From Magallana gigas (lineage: Eukaryota): a stretch of DNA of 64,000 nt. Of the stretch, positions 1 through 37,260 are shown piece after piece. Location: the NCBI RefSeq assembly GCF_963853765.1, contig NC_088861.1, forward strand, positions 7,068,001 to 7,132,000. The letters run 5' to 3'. Every line of letters starts with the position of its first letter. Position 1 is the stretch's first letter. The notes beneath the pieces are model-generated. The model saw only the letters and a program-made list of their open reading frames with translations, had not been told where the DNA came from and did no database searches. A program made the position numbers and the translations under genes.

Positions 1-23562
<23,562 letters not shown>

Positions 23563-24132
23563 ACTTGCAATCCAACTTCAAAATATTGTTAAAACGTGAA
23601 CTTTGAAAAAAATAATTCTTTTTCACTACAGTGTGGATTTTTTTTCTTTTTTGCCATTTCTGATTGACTTCCCCTGATAAAATGTGTAATATATATATAA
23701 TATATTTACCGGTATCTGCTAAACCTGGACTATATGATATGTATTATATTTGAAAGAAAATTCAATGAACACTGTCTGCAAGACATTGTTGAGAGATACA
23801 CAGTGAAGCTGTTTTATTATAAACTTTCGATTTGTATACAAGTTTTTCTTGAAATATTATTAAATATTTTAGCCATCCGTCCAGTAATATTCCTAACCAG
23901 AGCAGTATTTTTGTACGATTATTTCTGGGTGTGTTCTTTTTTTAAAATATTTTCCCTTTATGATATACATGAATTATCGAACTTAACACGGATTTGTCTT
24001 CTGACCATTATTTATATTTTATTTAATTTATTAATTTACTCCATTTGTTGTTATACATGCACCAAGAAATGTTGTTTTGTTACATGTTTACATTTATATA
24101 AAGAAAAGCTGAATTTTGTGTTGATTTGAAAC

Positions 24133-24138
24133 AATAAA
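24133..24138 (+). promoter_or_regulatory. Candidate polyadenylation signal of the dynein gene
   Basis: AATAAA about 570 bp after the stop codon, followed by GT/T-rich sequence. Confidence 0.5.
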
Positions 24139-27100
24139 ATATAACTCATTATAGAGTGTTGGTCATTTAATCTTTTAATGTTGTACTCGATTATCGTCAG
24201 AAATTGGAAATTTGTGCAAGGACAAGATGGATGCAGCTGCAGAAAGAAATATTGAGAAGAAATATTTCATTGTTGATGGTGAACAAATCGAAAAGAAGAA
24301 AAAATTAAGCTGTAAAATACGGGAAACGATTCATCAAATCAATTATGACGTCATAATGGTTCTAGCATCAAAAAGACACTCTCAGCCTGGGCAGCGTTTT
24401 ATAAAAGGAATTACGACTTACGACAAATTAATGAATGCTAATTAATCACCAACTAATCAATGATTTATTCTTGTGGCTGGAAAATATAATTATGGGAATT
24501 GAAATATTTGTTAACAAATGGGTTTTATGTCAATTTTGTTCTCTTAAACCATTTTATGAGACTGTAAATATTTACTACTTTGTTGCAAGTTCTTTTGTAA
24601 AATGCAGCCCTGAAATCATTTAGTAGATCTTGACCATAATAAAAGTACTAGTATAATTATATTAAAAGTATAATGATAAATCAAAATTCTTACAGTCAGG
24701 ATATCACAAACCATTAACACATAGTGCAATTTGAAAAATTGTGTCACAGTTACAATGTGTGTTAAGTCTGGTGTACAAGAATTTTAAAAGTTTTAATGAA
24801 GTTTGTGTATTTTTCCTACAATAACTGCAAAAATTGAAAGAAAAAAAGTGTGAAATGGTGTTATAATGAAGCGACTTAGACAATGTACTAGGACTGATGT
24901 TTATCAGAATCTAATATATTTCATTATCGTAATACCATGATGGTTTTGAAATACATACACATGTACTTACATAAGGGCATGGGCTCTTGTAAATGCGTGA
25001 CAAGTTTTAGAATGAAGACTCTCCTAAAACTAATTAATATGAAAAGGAACAAAATTTTATGCATTCTCCTCATATGATAAAAATGCAAGATTATATTTTA
25101 CAAAAGGCTACTGAATCTTACAATGAAAAAGTTTGACCATCAGTTTCATGTAGATTTTCAATATATAAATGGCAATTCCCATTTTCTTCGTCAACAGCAA
25201 CACCTGTGATTGTTTTAATCAGAAAACTACGGTAATTTCTGTCAAGATATTGGATGGACTGAGGCACGTTAGTGCTGAGGAGTGTACAACGTTGTTTTCA
25301 GCGTATTTATTTAATATAGGGAACATATTTCCAGTTCTAAAAGATGGTAAATAGTTGTCAATGAGTAAATGGTTTAAAATAACATGAAATGCAAAAAGCC
25401 ATGTTGGCCCCTCAAATCCTGCCCTATAAATACAAATATTCTAATACCCAAAGGACAAATTATTCCTGCCTTAGGCTAATGCCCACTTGTTTCAATGATT
25501 CCACAAAGTGCAGAATATTACAAAATTAGATATATAAGTTTAGGCCTTTAAAGGAAAAAATAAGAGTATAGATAAAGAAGCCATTCTTTAAAATTGTTAT
25601 ATAAAAATCAGACAACACAATTTTTCAAAATTCTTTTATGTAATAATGTGGCTTTATTCACTTTTCATGAGGAGTCATATAACAAACACAAAATATATAA
25701 GAAATGAGAAACAAAAAAGGGCTACAGACTAGAATGCATAAACAATATGATGTATATTTAACTTTGTTTTTTTTTTCTCTCTTAACAGATGAACCCAAAA
25801 TTGTAACAAAAAATGTTATACAGAAAAAACAGTAAATAAATAAGGAAAACAGAAATTCTGAAACAAGAATCACTCAGATCTCCAAATGCCTACATGTATA
25901 TATAGAGAGATATAAATGTGTTAACACTGAAATAGCATGAGCACTAATCACCTCTGTAGAGACAACACTATAGCTACACAAATGATATAAACGGAACAGA
26001 ACAATACAGCATTTAATATAAACAATAAAATAAATTACTAGATTAATACTAGTGTCTAATTAATAATATGGTAATATATTGCAGAGTATAATTACTAATG
26101 CGAAAATGAACAAAAACTGTAATACCTAAACTTACAATGGATGAAAAAGTAGAAAGAAAAAACCCCTAAATAAGCTAAACATAGATATCAAATAGTGATT
26201 TTAATCTATATATAGAGAGACATAAAAATTACAATCTTAAATGTCAAAATAAATATAGTTGTACAGTATTTCAAACTTAAAATGCATGATTCTTGCTCTA
26301 AAACTAAACAGCAATGCAACTAATTCAGTTTATTTAATGCTGATCTGTTTGTACAGAATTTCAAAATGTCTCATAATTTTCTTGAAAAATAATTCAACAT
26401 TCACTGATTCATCAACTTTGGTTAACCCTTTTAAAAAAACCAACTATAATAATGATCTTTGTTAAAAGTGCTCACTCCTAGCAAGTTGGACTGTCTCAGT
26501 ACAAGCAAAAGACAAATTGCCAGTCTAGATCGAAGATTGATATCTGAAGAATTACTGACCTTCATGATATGATATATTCTCTCCCTTTGTTTTGTCACAC
26601 ATACATCCCATAGTCACTATTGCACATATAATGTCTACTAACACCCAACAATTGTTACAGTTAACTGTCTTATCCCCTCATCAAATTCAACAACAGTTTT
26701 TTCTCAACTCCTAAAAGATCTTTCTTCCACCAAAAAACAAAACAAAAACAAAAACCCACAACTCCCTAAGCATGCAATACACATTGAAGATTATTCTCCT
26801 ATTATAAAGTATCTTCGATTCCAATTTATTTTAAGAATTTGAAGCTTTCATTAGGAAAGTATTTTAGTTCATTTTGTCTTTCATGCAGATAACTGGATAT
26901 ATTCAAAGGCTTATATCATTATCGTAATTATATGACAGTTCTGGACCATTCTTAATTTCATCATTTCTCAAAATATATCTCTCGATCCAAGTAAGTACTT
27001 CAGTAAATATAAACAATTTACACATAAAAAATATAATAACATCATTTTATACATGCTTAATCTCAACAGGTTTAAATTAAAAAAAACCCCAAAAAGTACT

Positions 27101-27504
27101 TAATAATACATGTAATAGTGATATAATCATTTTAAAAACACTTCTTGCAGATTAGTACAAAGAAAAAGTTGAATGCATGCATGGTCTTTATCTAGAAAAT
27201 ATGAACTGCTTAAAAAAATACCAAGGCTATTTCTGGCATGTAATCTTACTGAAATACATCTAGTTTTATATTAAACATAGTTTTTTTTCTAAATTTATAA
27301 AATAGTGTACTATCAAAAAAAAAAAATAATTAAAACACAACCACTATAATTATTCAACCATTAACAAGAGCAATCATTTGGCACTGTCTAGATTTTCATG
27401 CTTTGTTAATCAAATCCTCCAACATATCTGCCATATCATATACATGATCAAGAAAAAAAATGAACTTCAGTATCAAGGCACATACTGGTGAAGTTATACA
27501 ATGA

Positions 27505-27725
27505 AACAATCAATGCTATTACACACTGGACTGTAATATACAATCTTATTACAAATCAGTCTGTTATAATCAATGTCATTACAAACCTGACTGTATTATT
27601 CCATCGTAATACATATCAGTCTGTAATAATTAATCAATGTTATTACACATCTGACTGTAATAACCAATGTTATTACTCACAAGACTGTAATAATCAATGT
27701 TCTTATACATTGGATTGTAATAATT
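27505..27725. repeat. Degenerate 30-bp minisatellite (about 7 units)
   Basis: Consensus approximately AATCAATGTTATTACACATCTGACTGTAAT. Confidence 0.75.
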
Positions 27726-28605
27726 ATAGCCATGGTACAATGTAAGTTTAAATTTTTCGTTGTTTTGGTCATATGACCACATACATGTTAACAAGTTATC
27801 AAATCACAAATACTCATCTGCTTCCATGTGTACTGTAATGCATTTCATTCACATATAAATATTTTATATGACTGGTATTCTAGTCAAAGCATGGCAGAAT
27901 ACAACGGTGCCAAAAATATCATAAACCTAAAATACATATCATTGCATGTTGGTACTTAACAAATTTCAAATTATTTATAAGCAGATCATTTACATCATCT
28001 TTTCATCCTCCTTCAAAAAAGGTCACTGTATTTCATGAACATAGCTTTAGCATTGTTACATGAACAAATTGCAGCAAAGATGACTTTTAGATTGAACCAG
28101 TTAAAGAAACTTACAATGTGACAACTTCCATGCACAGTACATGTATTTCATATGAACAATCTAAACCTGATCATTCATCTCTCAGTTAGAAAAAAAAGTT
28201 TGCAAGGAAATTCCATCCCATTTACAAAATAACTTTGAGATCTCTCTATTGAGCTCTTAATGTTGTCATATTAAAAAGAGGAACGAAAAATAAAACTCTG
28301 ATAATTATGCATATTCATGAATGTGTTCATAATTATATATTCCATTGCGAGACAAATAAGAGTTAGCAATGAAATTTTACATTTTTCAATTTTGATGGAA
28401 AAATATTTTCTCTTAAATTCTGTGGATGAATTTCCAAAATAAAAGTTTCCGTTACCCAAAAATTACCAACCCACCTAAAAAAAATATATTAAAATATTTG
28501 ATATTTATAAATATAAAATTTGAAACAATTTTTTTTCAGCACTTTTTCAATTATGTTAAATGCGAGTTGACAGGAGTTGCATCCCCCTTTCTCTGCATAT
28601 TTTTG

Positions 28606-31600
28606 TCACCAAAGGGAGGAGTCGTTGAATGTAGCGTTATTGTTTCGTCCGGTTCGGGGTGTGGGCTGAGGGGTCGGATCTTTACTGTTCATGCCGTAGC
28701 TGAAACCTTTAGATGTGTAGTTGGAATTCCAGGTGGATGAAGTACCTGTGGGTTCAGACAGAAACAATACACCTGAGATCACCATTGACAATGCCAATCA
28801 TCAGATTTTGAATAAGATTTTTTGTCTAACTTATTTCAATTGTAAATCAAGAGTTTGCAAAAATATCTGCAATTTTCCTTGCTCTCATTCCCATACAATT
28901 GGTGGAATTTTTCTCAATGACTTGTGTTAATGCATAAAAGAAATCGATGCCAAATATTTGAAAGATTACATTTAATTTACTATCAATAATAAAGTGGACT
29001 GAGCTAGCATGCATTCTGGCATTACATATTACATTGAGCTAGCATGCATTCTGGCATTACATATTACATATTACATACTACATATTACATACCCTGAGCA
29101 TTGCTGCTCTTGTTAGAGCTGGGTGTTCCAAATCTGGAGTCATTCTTATCTACAATGGGAACACTAAAAGTCAAATCACAGTAAATCAAGAGTCATGTTT
29201 ACAAGTGAGAGCTCAAAATCTGATACAATCAGAAGTGGTAAGTTATTCTTTTACAATCATTATTGAATTGCAAAACTGCCATGATCTTTGATATAATATA
29301 TATATATTGCATATAATTATGAATCCCTAATTACAAATCACATTGTATTGGTAAAAATACAAGTATTAAATTACAGTAAAACACGGTTATAGCGAACACG
29401 CTCATAATTAATTGACGCTTATAGCGAAGTGATTTTCATTCCCCGTGACTATATTACTTGTTGTAAAGCTGACAGATGTAACGAATTACGCTTATAACGA
29501 AGCAAAATCGCCAGTCCCTGGCGCTTCGTTATAACCGTGTTTTACTGTACAAGCATGGTGAGATACTTGCCAGGTAAACATTCATATTTTTTTAATCTTA
29601 CTTTAAAAATCTTCAAAGAGGGAATCAGTCAATTTTAATTTTTTCTTTTTGTTATTTTACTTGCACAACATTTTTTTTCAACCTAGTCAAAAATACCAGT
29701 GTACATGTATATGGTCAACAAGCAATCTTTAACTGTTGTGATGTTAGTCCTTTATTTTTTACCTTCAGGGGGTCAGATAATAGTGAACTCTATCAGTCTG
29801 ATATCACACTTGATATCTGCAACACACTTGATATCAAACTGTTTCAGTACTGATATCTAGGTGTAAGATATTAGTGAGCTCTATATCAGTATGATGTCAC
29901 ACCTGATGTCAGACTGCTTCAGTACTGATATCTGGGAGTGAGATATTAATGAGCTCTATATCAGTCTGATATCACACTTGATATCAAACTGTTACAGTAC
30001 TGATATCTAGGTGCCAGAATTAGTGAGCTCTTTATCAGTATGATGTCAAACCTGATATCAGACTGCTTCAGTACTGATATCTGGGAGTGAGATATTAGTG
30101 AGCTCTATATCAGTCCCAGATATCACATTTAATTTAAAACTGTTTCAGTACTGATATCTAGGTATTAGATATAAGTGAGCTCTATATCAGTCTGATATCA
30201 CACTAGATATAATTTTTTCCGTACTTATAAAAAAATAGGCATCAAACTATGATATTTTTCATACAGAACTGCATGTATGCAGCATATATCCAACGCTTAC
30301 ACTACCTTTAATGCCCCCGTATCTGGAGTAGTACGTGGAGTTCGCCTTAAGGTTCAGGCCATCACTCGGATTCATCAGGCCCCCACTAGCTGACACATTC
30401 TTCTTTATACTCCAGACATCATCCATATCAAACTTGGAACCTGGATTTGTAATGCAATAGTTTTACAACAGATCACAATGCAAGTGTCTATACGGTATAC
30501 CTGCAAATAAATCTATCAGATGGCATGATGAGATCCTTTTTTTCTCCAGCAAGAAATATTTGTGATTTAGCAATTGCTGACTTGTCTCTATCACTTAAAT
30601 TTGTAATCATTTTTATCTAAACATCAAAGCATAATTCATAAACCTTGAGATCAGTAATTTATGAATGGAGAAGTCACTTAAAAAACTTGCTTTATTTATA
30701 GTGTCTTTATTATTTCATTTGCATCATCATTAAATGCTTAAAATAATCAAAGTTGGGATGGGGGAGGTGGACTGAAAACTAAGGTACAGTTGTGACGTAA
30801 CCAGTAAAAGATTTCTTTTACCATTCTCTGGACATTCTCACTTTAATAAAGGAGAAAAGGATGAATTTCTTTGCATTGAACTCTGCTTGTTTTTTAATTT
30901 CTTGACTTAAATTTTTTTTCTGGATCTATATCGATCCTATATTTAACACTCTATGTGCGAAAAAAAATTCCAATCAATTGTATATGACCATTTTGTAATG
31001 TGGCCTGTAACAGTAAATGAAAGACTAATATTCATCATAAAGATTCAAAATAAGATTTTAGCATGTTTATAAACTATTTCTATACAACAATCTGCCCCCC
31101 CCCCCAAAAAAAACCAAAATGAAAACAACAATATGCTAGGCTTGTAGAAGCATCAAATTGAGGACATTTTTTCCATGCGGTACGAACTTACCAGAGACAG
31201 GGTTGGTCTCCTTGCGAGGGGAAAATATCCACTGATCCTCCCCGGGGTCATCCTTCTTGGCCCCCGTGTACAAGAACTTCTTGGTGTTACCTGAAATCAT
31301 CAGGACAGGTTAAAATACTAAGAAAATTCCCTTATAAATTCTACCAAAACATAACCTTCATCTTGCAGATACAAAAAGTCCAAAACAAATTAGCATGCAT
31401 TATTGAGTGAAAAATGTTCAGTTTCCCAGCAAAAGATGGATTGATGGTCGAATTGCATGCTATATAGGAACACAGAAGCACACCTTTCCCATTCATGATG
31501 GATTTTCCTTGATGAAATATCTACATCTTCTATGAATCACTCAGCACTCAGAAAAATAAAGAAAATATCAATATTTCTGCAGAAGTGTCAATCCAATCTC

Positions 31601-34368
31601 TGTCCTCCACAGAAGATAATTAATAAACAGAATTATATTGCTTCCAACCAGTCTCATTGCACCGTCGTTTATAATACACAAACATATGTGTGTCCTAGCC
31701 ATGCAGTGATAGTATGTCTGAAGATTTTTTCTTCCACAAACATAATAACCATTATGAGACTTGTGTGAATATACACAGTCATATATTGGCTCAACCAAAT
31801 TTAGCTGACAATGCCGAACGGTTTGTACCGTAATTACAAAATCACAACAGTATTTCTATACCAGGCTTTCACGCTGCCATTTCTCTTTCACAATCTCTCT
31901 AAACGTATTGAACACAAATAAATATATACAGCTATAGCTTATTATAAGTACATGGCACTGTACACAAACTTGGATATATATACAATGTCACCAAATGACA
32001 ATTACATGTACAAATAGACGATAAAAAAACGGTGCTCGAGCTAGCTAGGATACCATTTATTTATACTTCCTTCATTGTATCATATATTTCTGGGTACAAA
32101 GACAAAGTCCCAAAACATTTGAAATACATTGTATAATGGTAAATTCACTATAAATGATTCTAGCTATTGTGAAAATTACAAAGTTATCTGCTCTTCCATT
32201 GTTGTGTGAACTTATAAGCTCAGGTGAAAAATTCCATTTAAATGGATAAGGCTCTTGTCAAAGATTTTGCAACGTCTGTAAGAAACTGTGCAGTGTATAT
32301 GGTATGTGTATATGCTGAATATTGATTTTTCTTCCTTTAAGAGGTTTTTCAATTTGAAAAGCAATTTGACTTTACATCTTAATCCCAAGGGAAAATGTGT
32401 CATTAGCTCTGACGAAATAAGAACTGCTATGAGGCATATTTCCACAACAACAAAAAAAGAAATTTTCTTCATTCAAATTAAGACTTTAATTGAATTGAAA
32501 TAACATAATGCCATATTAGCATGTACCAGACTCAAGTATGATATTCTAATATCAATTAGTTTTCAAATTAATGATTTTGATTCTACATGGTTAGAAAGAA
32601 GGTGTGGGGGTGTTTAAAAAGGTTTAATACTGTGGAATCATTTAATTTCGTGGGGGGCAATTTTAGCGGAGTGTGAAATTTTTTGCTTATTCATGGTGAT
32701 GTAAGTTCGTGGATGCATCGGTTTTCAGTTTCAATTAAGATAACTCTTAATTTGTTTTCGTTGAGGTTGTTAATTCGTGGGAGCTAGAGGGCTACCAACA
32801 AAAACCACGAAAATTGAGTCATCACAATTTTAAATGATTCCACAGTAAATTGAAATAAAATAGAATTATAAGAAGTCACAATTGAAAAAGCTGAATTGTT
32901 AATTAATAAAGTCTCTAAATAAGTATCTTTAAAGCTGTGATTTTAGGATATCAGGGACTGACCAACTTAAGGGTTATAACCTTAATTAAAATAACATTCC
33001 TAAAAAGTTGACATATTAAGCTATATATCAAGTTAATGAGTTTTACTGTGTGGACAATGGGTGTATATCAAACTGTCTTGTTTATTTAAATAAAATGGGG
33101 AATTCTGACTAGATAAATCCACGGAGAGCCTTATCAGAATGATCACACGGCGAGTAAATCCCCCCAAAATCCAGTCTTCATTTAGAAAGGCTTCACTCTA
33201 ATGCCCAGTCTTGATAAGTTTTATTTATTATACTTGTTTGCAAACAAGTCAAAATTTGTCAGGTCATAACCAGAATTTTATATTAAAATAACAGAGGTAT
33301 ATACATACAATCAAGATACATACATGCATGCGAAACACTAAAATTCAGCATTATATACTTATTAATAATTACTGAAAATATTAAATTATTAAAAGTAATT
33401 AAAATAAACACATGTACAAGTTATTAAAATTTATAATTTCAATTTTCTCCAAAGAGCTATTTGTTATTTTGTTTTAGTGTAAATTACAACTAACATTAAT
33501 ATATTTCAGGATGAATTCTTTCAGTGCTAAAGAGTACCATTACATACATGTACAATCTACCAGTTTGTGCATGGTATCCTTGGCAACATAGATGACCATA
33601 GTTATATTGATTTTTATCGAGAAAATATTTTCTCTCTCTTAATAACACCTCTCATATAAATAAATCAGACTGAAACGAATATAAGGGTTTCATTTATGGT
33701 ATTGCTCATCAATCTAAATGGAACCTGGAATCATTATAATTATGAGGGTTGTTTATCCATTTCATGGATAGGCCCCATCAATTGGACAGATTAAAACATT
33801 AATTTTAATCAATAATTATTAATTTCCATTCATAGATGTTCTTCTTTTGTCTGTTCTGAACAAGAATTTTATGTATTTTCATGTCAGAAAGTTATCTTTT
33901 GAGATCATCAGATTTAAGACTACATGCCTCTGAAATTCATTAAACTCACGTACATTCATATGAATAAAAAAAAATATATATTCAAATGTGTGCTGCTAAC
34001 TTTTTTCAAAATCTGTTCCATTTTTAGCCGGGCTCTGCTGAAAGCAGAGTCCTGGCTATAGGCAGGCAAATCGCCAATGTTACTATAAATAGCACAAATA
34101 AACAAAAAACCAAACAGCGTCATGGTAAAGCTTCCGCTATACCAAATAGTTACACAAAGAGCCACGTTTTGTCAAAAGTGTTGGCATTGTGTTTCTTTTT
34201 TTAAATTTCGAATGAATTGTCTATCTTTTTTAGTTTTCTTATTAATAACGTGTTTTTAAAACATTACTATGCATTTTGAACACATACAATGCGCATGAAT
34301 TTCCATGAACTACTTTGCTGCACGATGAAGAAACGGGGATTGAATATATAATGCTTGTTGCAAAATTC

Positions 34369-34434
<66 letters not shown>

Positions 34435-35709
34435 CAGTCTTTACTACACAATATGCATAAAGACACACCAAAAGAGCCCGGCTTTCAGTACTTCAGTACA
34501 TGTACTTTGATTAGATATGGAAACAAGCAAAGACACTTAAATTCTTGGCATACTCTAAAATCTGGCCTCTCCCCAATGACCGGAATAAAAAAAATGCATT
34601 CCAGGATAGTGTTTAAATGGCACAAACAAATCTCAGATGGACTTTTGAACTCGAGTCTAGGGGAGTGGAGCAGAACCGCTGCATTCAGATCAGCCTTATA
34701 ACATGCATCGGAGGATTCCCACAAAATTTATGACAACTGTCCACGCACTTGAAAAATTGCTCTTTTGCTATCATTATAAGCACAGCTACTCCATGTATAT
34801 TTAAGCATGACGAACTAAAATTCATTTTTTAACCTTGAATACGTAGTACGATATTCCAGTATCTCATAATCATAAATAATGAAAAGCAACTCATCAATAT
34901 GCTTCTTGATATTTTGCTATCAAATCATTCACTATACATGTATAGAATTACCATTTGTTTATACTTGCATCAATTCCTCAGTGACTGATATCAATTAATT
35001 ATTTAAAATATCTAAACATCTAATCCATTATTCTGTGAAGGTTTCTGAAACTAAAGTTTCCAATGTAATAAAATCTAGAGTTACATTTACCTTCTGAATT
35101 ATAAATATTTTACGTGGGGGATTTAATGTAAAACACATCAAGGAGTACCGTAATAGAGTATAAATGTACATGTGTCATGTATTAAGAGAGCTGGATGGTT
35201 GTGGCCATTTTTATAGACTTTAATAATCTCCTTGAGATGAAGAGCTCTGTTTAAAGAAATAAGAAAATATTAAAATTGCAAACCTGAAATATCTGGATAT
35301 TTATTTAAATAAAAAATAACACAGTTTATGGCTAAAAAAATATTCAAAATTTTATGGTAGATCTGATGTTTAGTTTGCTGACCATCCAGCCTCCTTAATA
35401 TAAACCAAATAGCCAATACATAGTGTAGATTCCTTATTTTACGTGAGGACTAGATTCAGCGATTCAATCATTTTGTGTCAAACCACGAGAATATAAAATT
35501 CCGAACGACAAATTTTTATCATACATATTGATACTTTTCTTTAGTTTTTATCTGTCCGAAAAAAACCAGTGAGATTTTAAAATTCACGAGATGTGCTTCT
35601 CAGGACGTTACATGGGTATGAATTCCTTATGTTTAATAAGAAATTAATTTACAGTATATCAATTAAAAAGAATATTTTCAAGCTCACCTGGACTGATTGG
35701 CTTCTTCAT
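28606..35709 (-). CDS. Uncharacterised low-complexity (S/G/N/K-rich) protein, multi-exon; 5' end uncertain
   Basis: Phase-1 exons 31192-31290 (GNTKKFLYTGAKKDDPGEDQWIFSPRKETNPVS), 30306-30440 (GSKFDMDDVWSIKKN...YSRYGGIK), 29093-29149 (DKNDSRFGTPSSNKSSNAQ) and 28606-28745 (GTSSTWNSNY...FNDSSLW*) join in frame with AG/GT boundaries and GC-rich coding-like composition. A candidate first coding exon is 35688-35709 (MKKPISP G|gtgagc); an alternative is 37479-37551. Confidence 0.7.
29374..29547. mobile_element. Tc1/mariner-type MITE
   Basis: TIRs CAGTAAAACACGGTTATA...TATAACCGTGTTTTACTG with a TA target duplication on both sides. Confidence 0.85.
29785..30210. repeat. About 75-bp tandem repeat with alternating A/B variants (about 150-bp higher-order unit)
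   Basis: GAGCTCT(A/T)TATCAGT recurs at 29876, 29951, 30025, 30100 and 30177; diagnostic variants alternate between units. Confidence 0.85.
32630..32845. mobile_element. TA-flanked MITE (CTG...CAG termini)
   Basis: TIRs CTGTGGAATCATTTAA / TTAAATGATTCCACAG, with TA on both sides. Confidence 0.8.
34374..34430. repeat. (GA)n microsatellite
   Basis: Direct inspection. Further (GA)n tracts lie at about 53540-53606, 56402-56480 and 59137-59180. Confidence 0.95.
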
Positions 35710-36429
35710 GATTTACATAAGTCATCAATTTAAATCATCTCTCAAATTCCATTCAATCACACATATATTATACATGTACTTGGTAATTCCTATATAAATA
35801 TCTTTCCACTTTGTCCCCAAGTGTTTCCAGTAAAATTTAGATCCCAATGGCTAATTATATTACACAGCTTGGTTACATGTAATACATGTACATTCAATTG
35901 TACTCAATTAAATACGTAATGACTGAATCATTGTAGTTTCCAGGCTCAAATTCGTAAACTTGCATAAATAAAGAAACGAAACAATCGCAACAACTCCGCA
36001 CCAAAATAGACCTTTAAACGATTGAGTAATACACTACAGATTAGCTTTTGAATTTGACCCTAATATATATTGGTTTGTTTGTGTATAATAATAATTGATA
36101 GACCATGCAAGACGATTTAAAAAATCCTCTTTGTAGTGGACCAATGTTTACCCCAAAGCTTCTGAGAACAGTGGTGTAAGGATCAAAGCACCAGGCATGT
36201 GTTAGGCTGATCACCTCTAAACAAAGCCTGCAATTGGCACCTTCCAGACTCATTTTATTCATTCATTGTCTTTCTGTGAACACGATTTGGTTGATATCAA
36301 ACTGATAGGTGGCCTGGAATTTTAAATTGAACCTAATTACAGTGCATTACTGTTTGTCATATCTATATCCCTCTCCACTTATTCAAGGCAGTTTCACACT
36401 ATAGTATAGTCTTTTTCTGTTTGCTGATT

Positions 36430-37260
36430 GAGAAGAGGTTCACTTTGTTGTTGGTTTAAATCTATACTGCAAGGGGGGAGGAGGTTTGATTTCTCTGTAT
36501 CTGACAATGTCTATGAAAACTTAAGATCAAGATTTTAAGATTTTCTTCAGGTTCAATCTTCTACATGGCAAAATTCATGATTGAGAAAAGGATCTGAAAA
36601 TGTATATGAGAAGAGGTTCACTAGCTGTTTTAGGGGTTCAATATCTGCTTCATGCAGCAGTTCATGAATGGATGGATCACGGTTCAGAGATTTTTCGGGT
36701 TCAGTCTGCCAAATTTATGGAATGAAGAATTATTACCTGAGACAGTGAAAGAGTTTCAATCTTCTGTGGATGAGAAGAGGTTCACAGCTGGCTGTTTTAG
36801 GGGTTCAATATGCTTCATGCAGCAGTTCATGAATGGATGGATCAAGGTTCAGTGATTTTTCAGGTTCAGTCTGCTACATTTATGGAGTGATGAATTAATA
36901 GCTGAGACAATGTAAAGAGTTTCAATCTTCTGTATTTGGCACTCTGGTTGAAAAGACAGGTTCACAGTATTCATGGAAATTTCAATTTGTAGCATATAGG
37001 ACACCAGTTGAAAATCATGGTGCTTCTGCATGAGGCAGTACATGTCTAAAAGGAGGTTCACCATGCTTTGGGGTTCTATTGCATGGTGCAGTGGCTTAGT
37101 GGAAGCTGTTCAATCTGCCGCAAGAGGAGTGCATGGTTTAAAATGTTTTAAGGTTCAATTTACTGCATGATGCAGTGACAGGATGGAAGGTTCTAATGCT
37201 GAATCTGCTACAGAAGGATGCATGGCTGCATGAAAAAAAGCATTCACTTTATTTTGGGGT
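36430..37260. repeat. Degenerate tandem repeat region
   Basis: Recurring GAGAAGAGGTTCAC and GGTTCAAT motifs. A block of about 170 bp is duplicated (about 36607-36770 versus about 36772-36935). Confidence 0.6.

Noticed and set aside
27488-27745. 85-aa ORF with periodic sequence
   Set aside because: It is a by-product of the 30-bp minisatellite in the presumed 3' UTR/intergenic region.
25600-28605. SECIS element supporting a selenoprotein reading of the UGA at 31869-31871
   Set aside because: No convincing AUGA...AA...GA stem-loop could be identified by eye, so selenocysteine is not claimed.
34315-34701. ORFs with ERERER runs (also 53506-53703)
   Set aside because: These are translations of (GA)n microsatellites.
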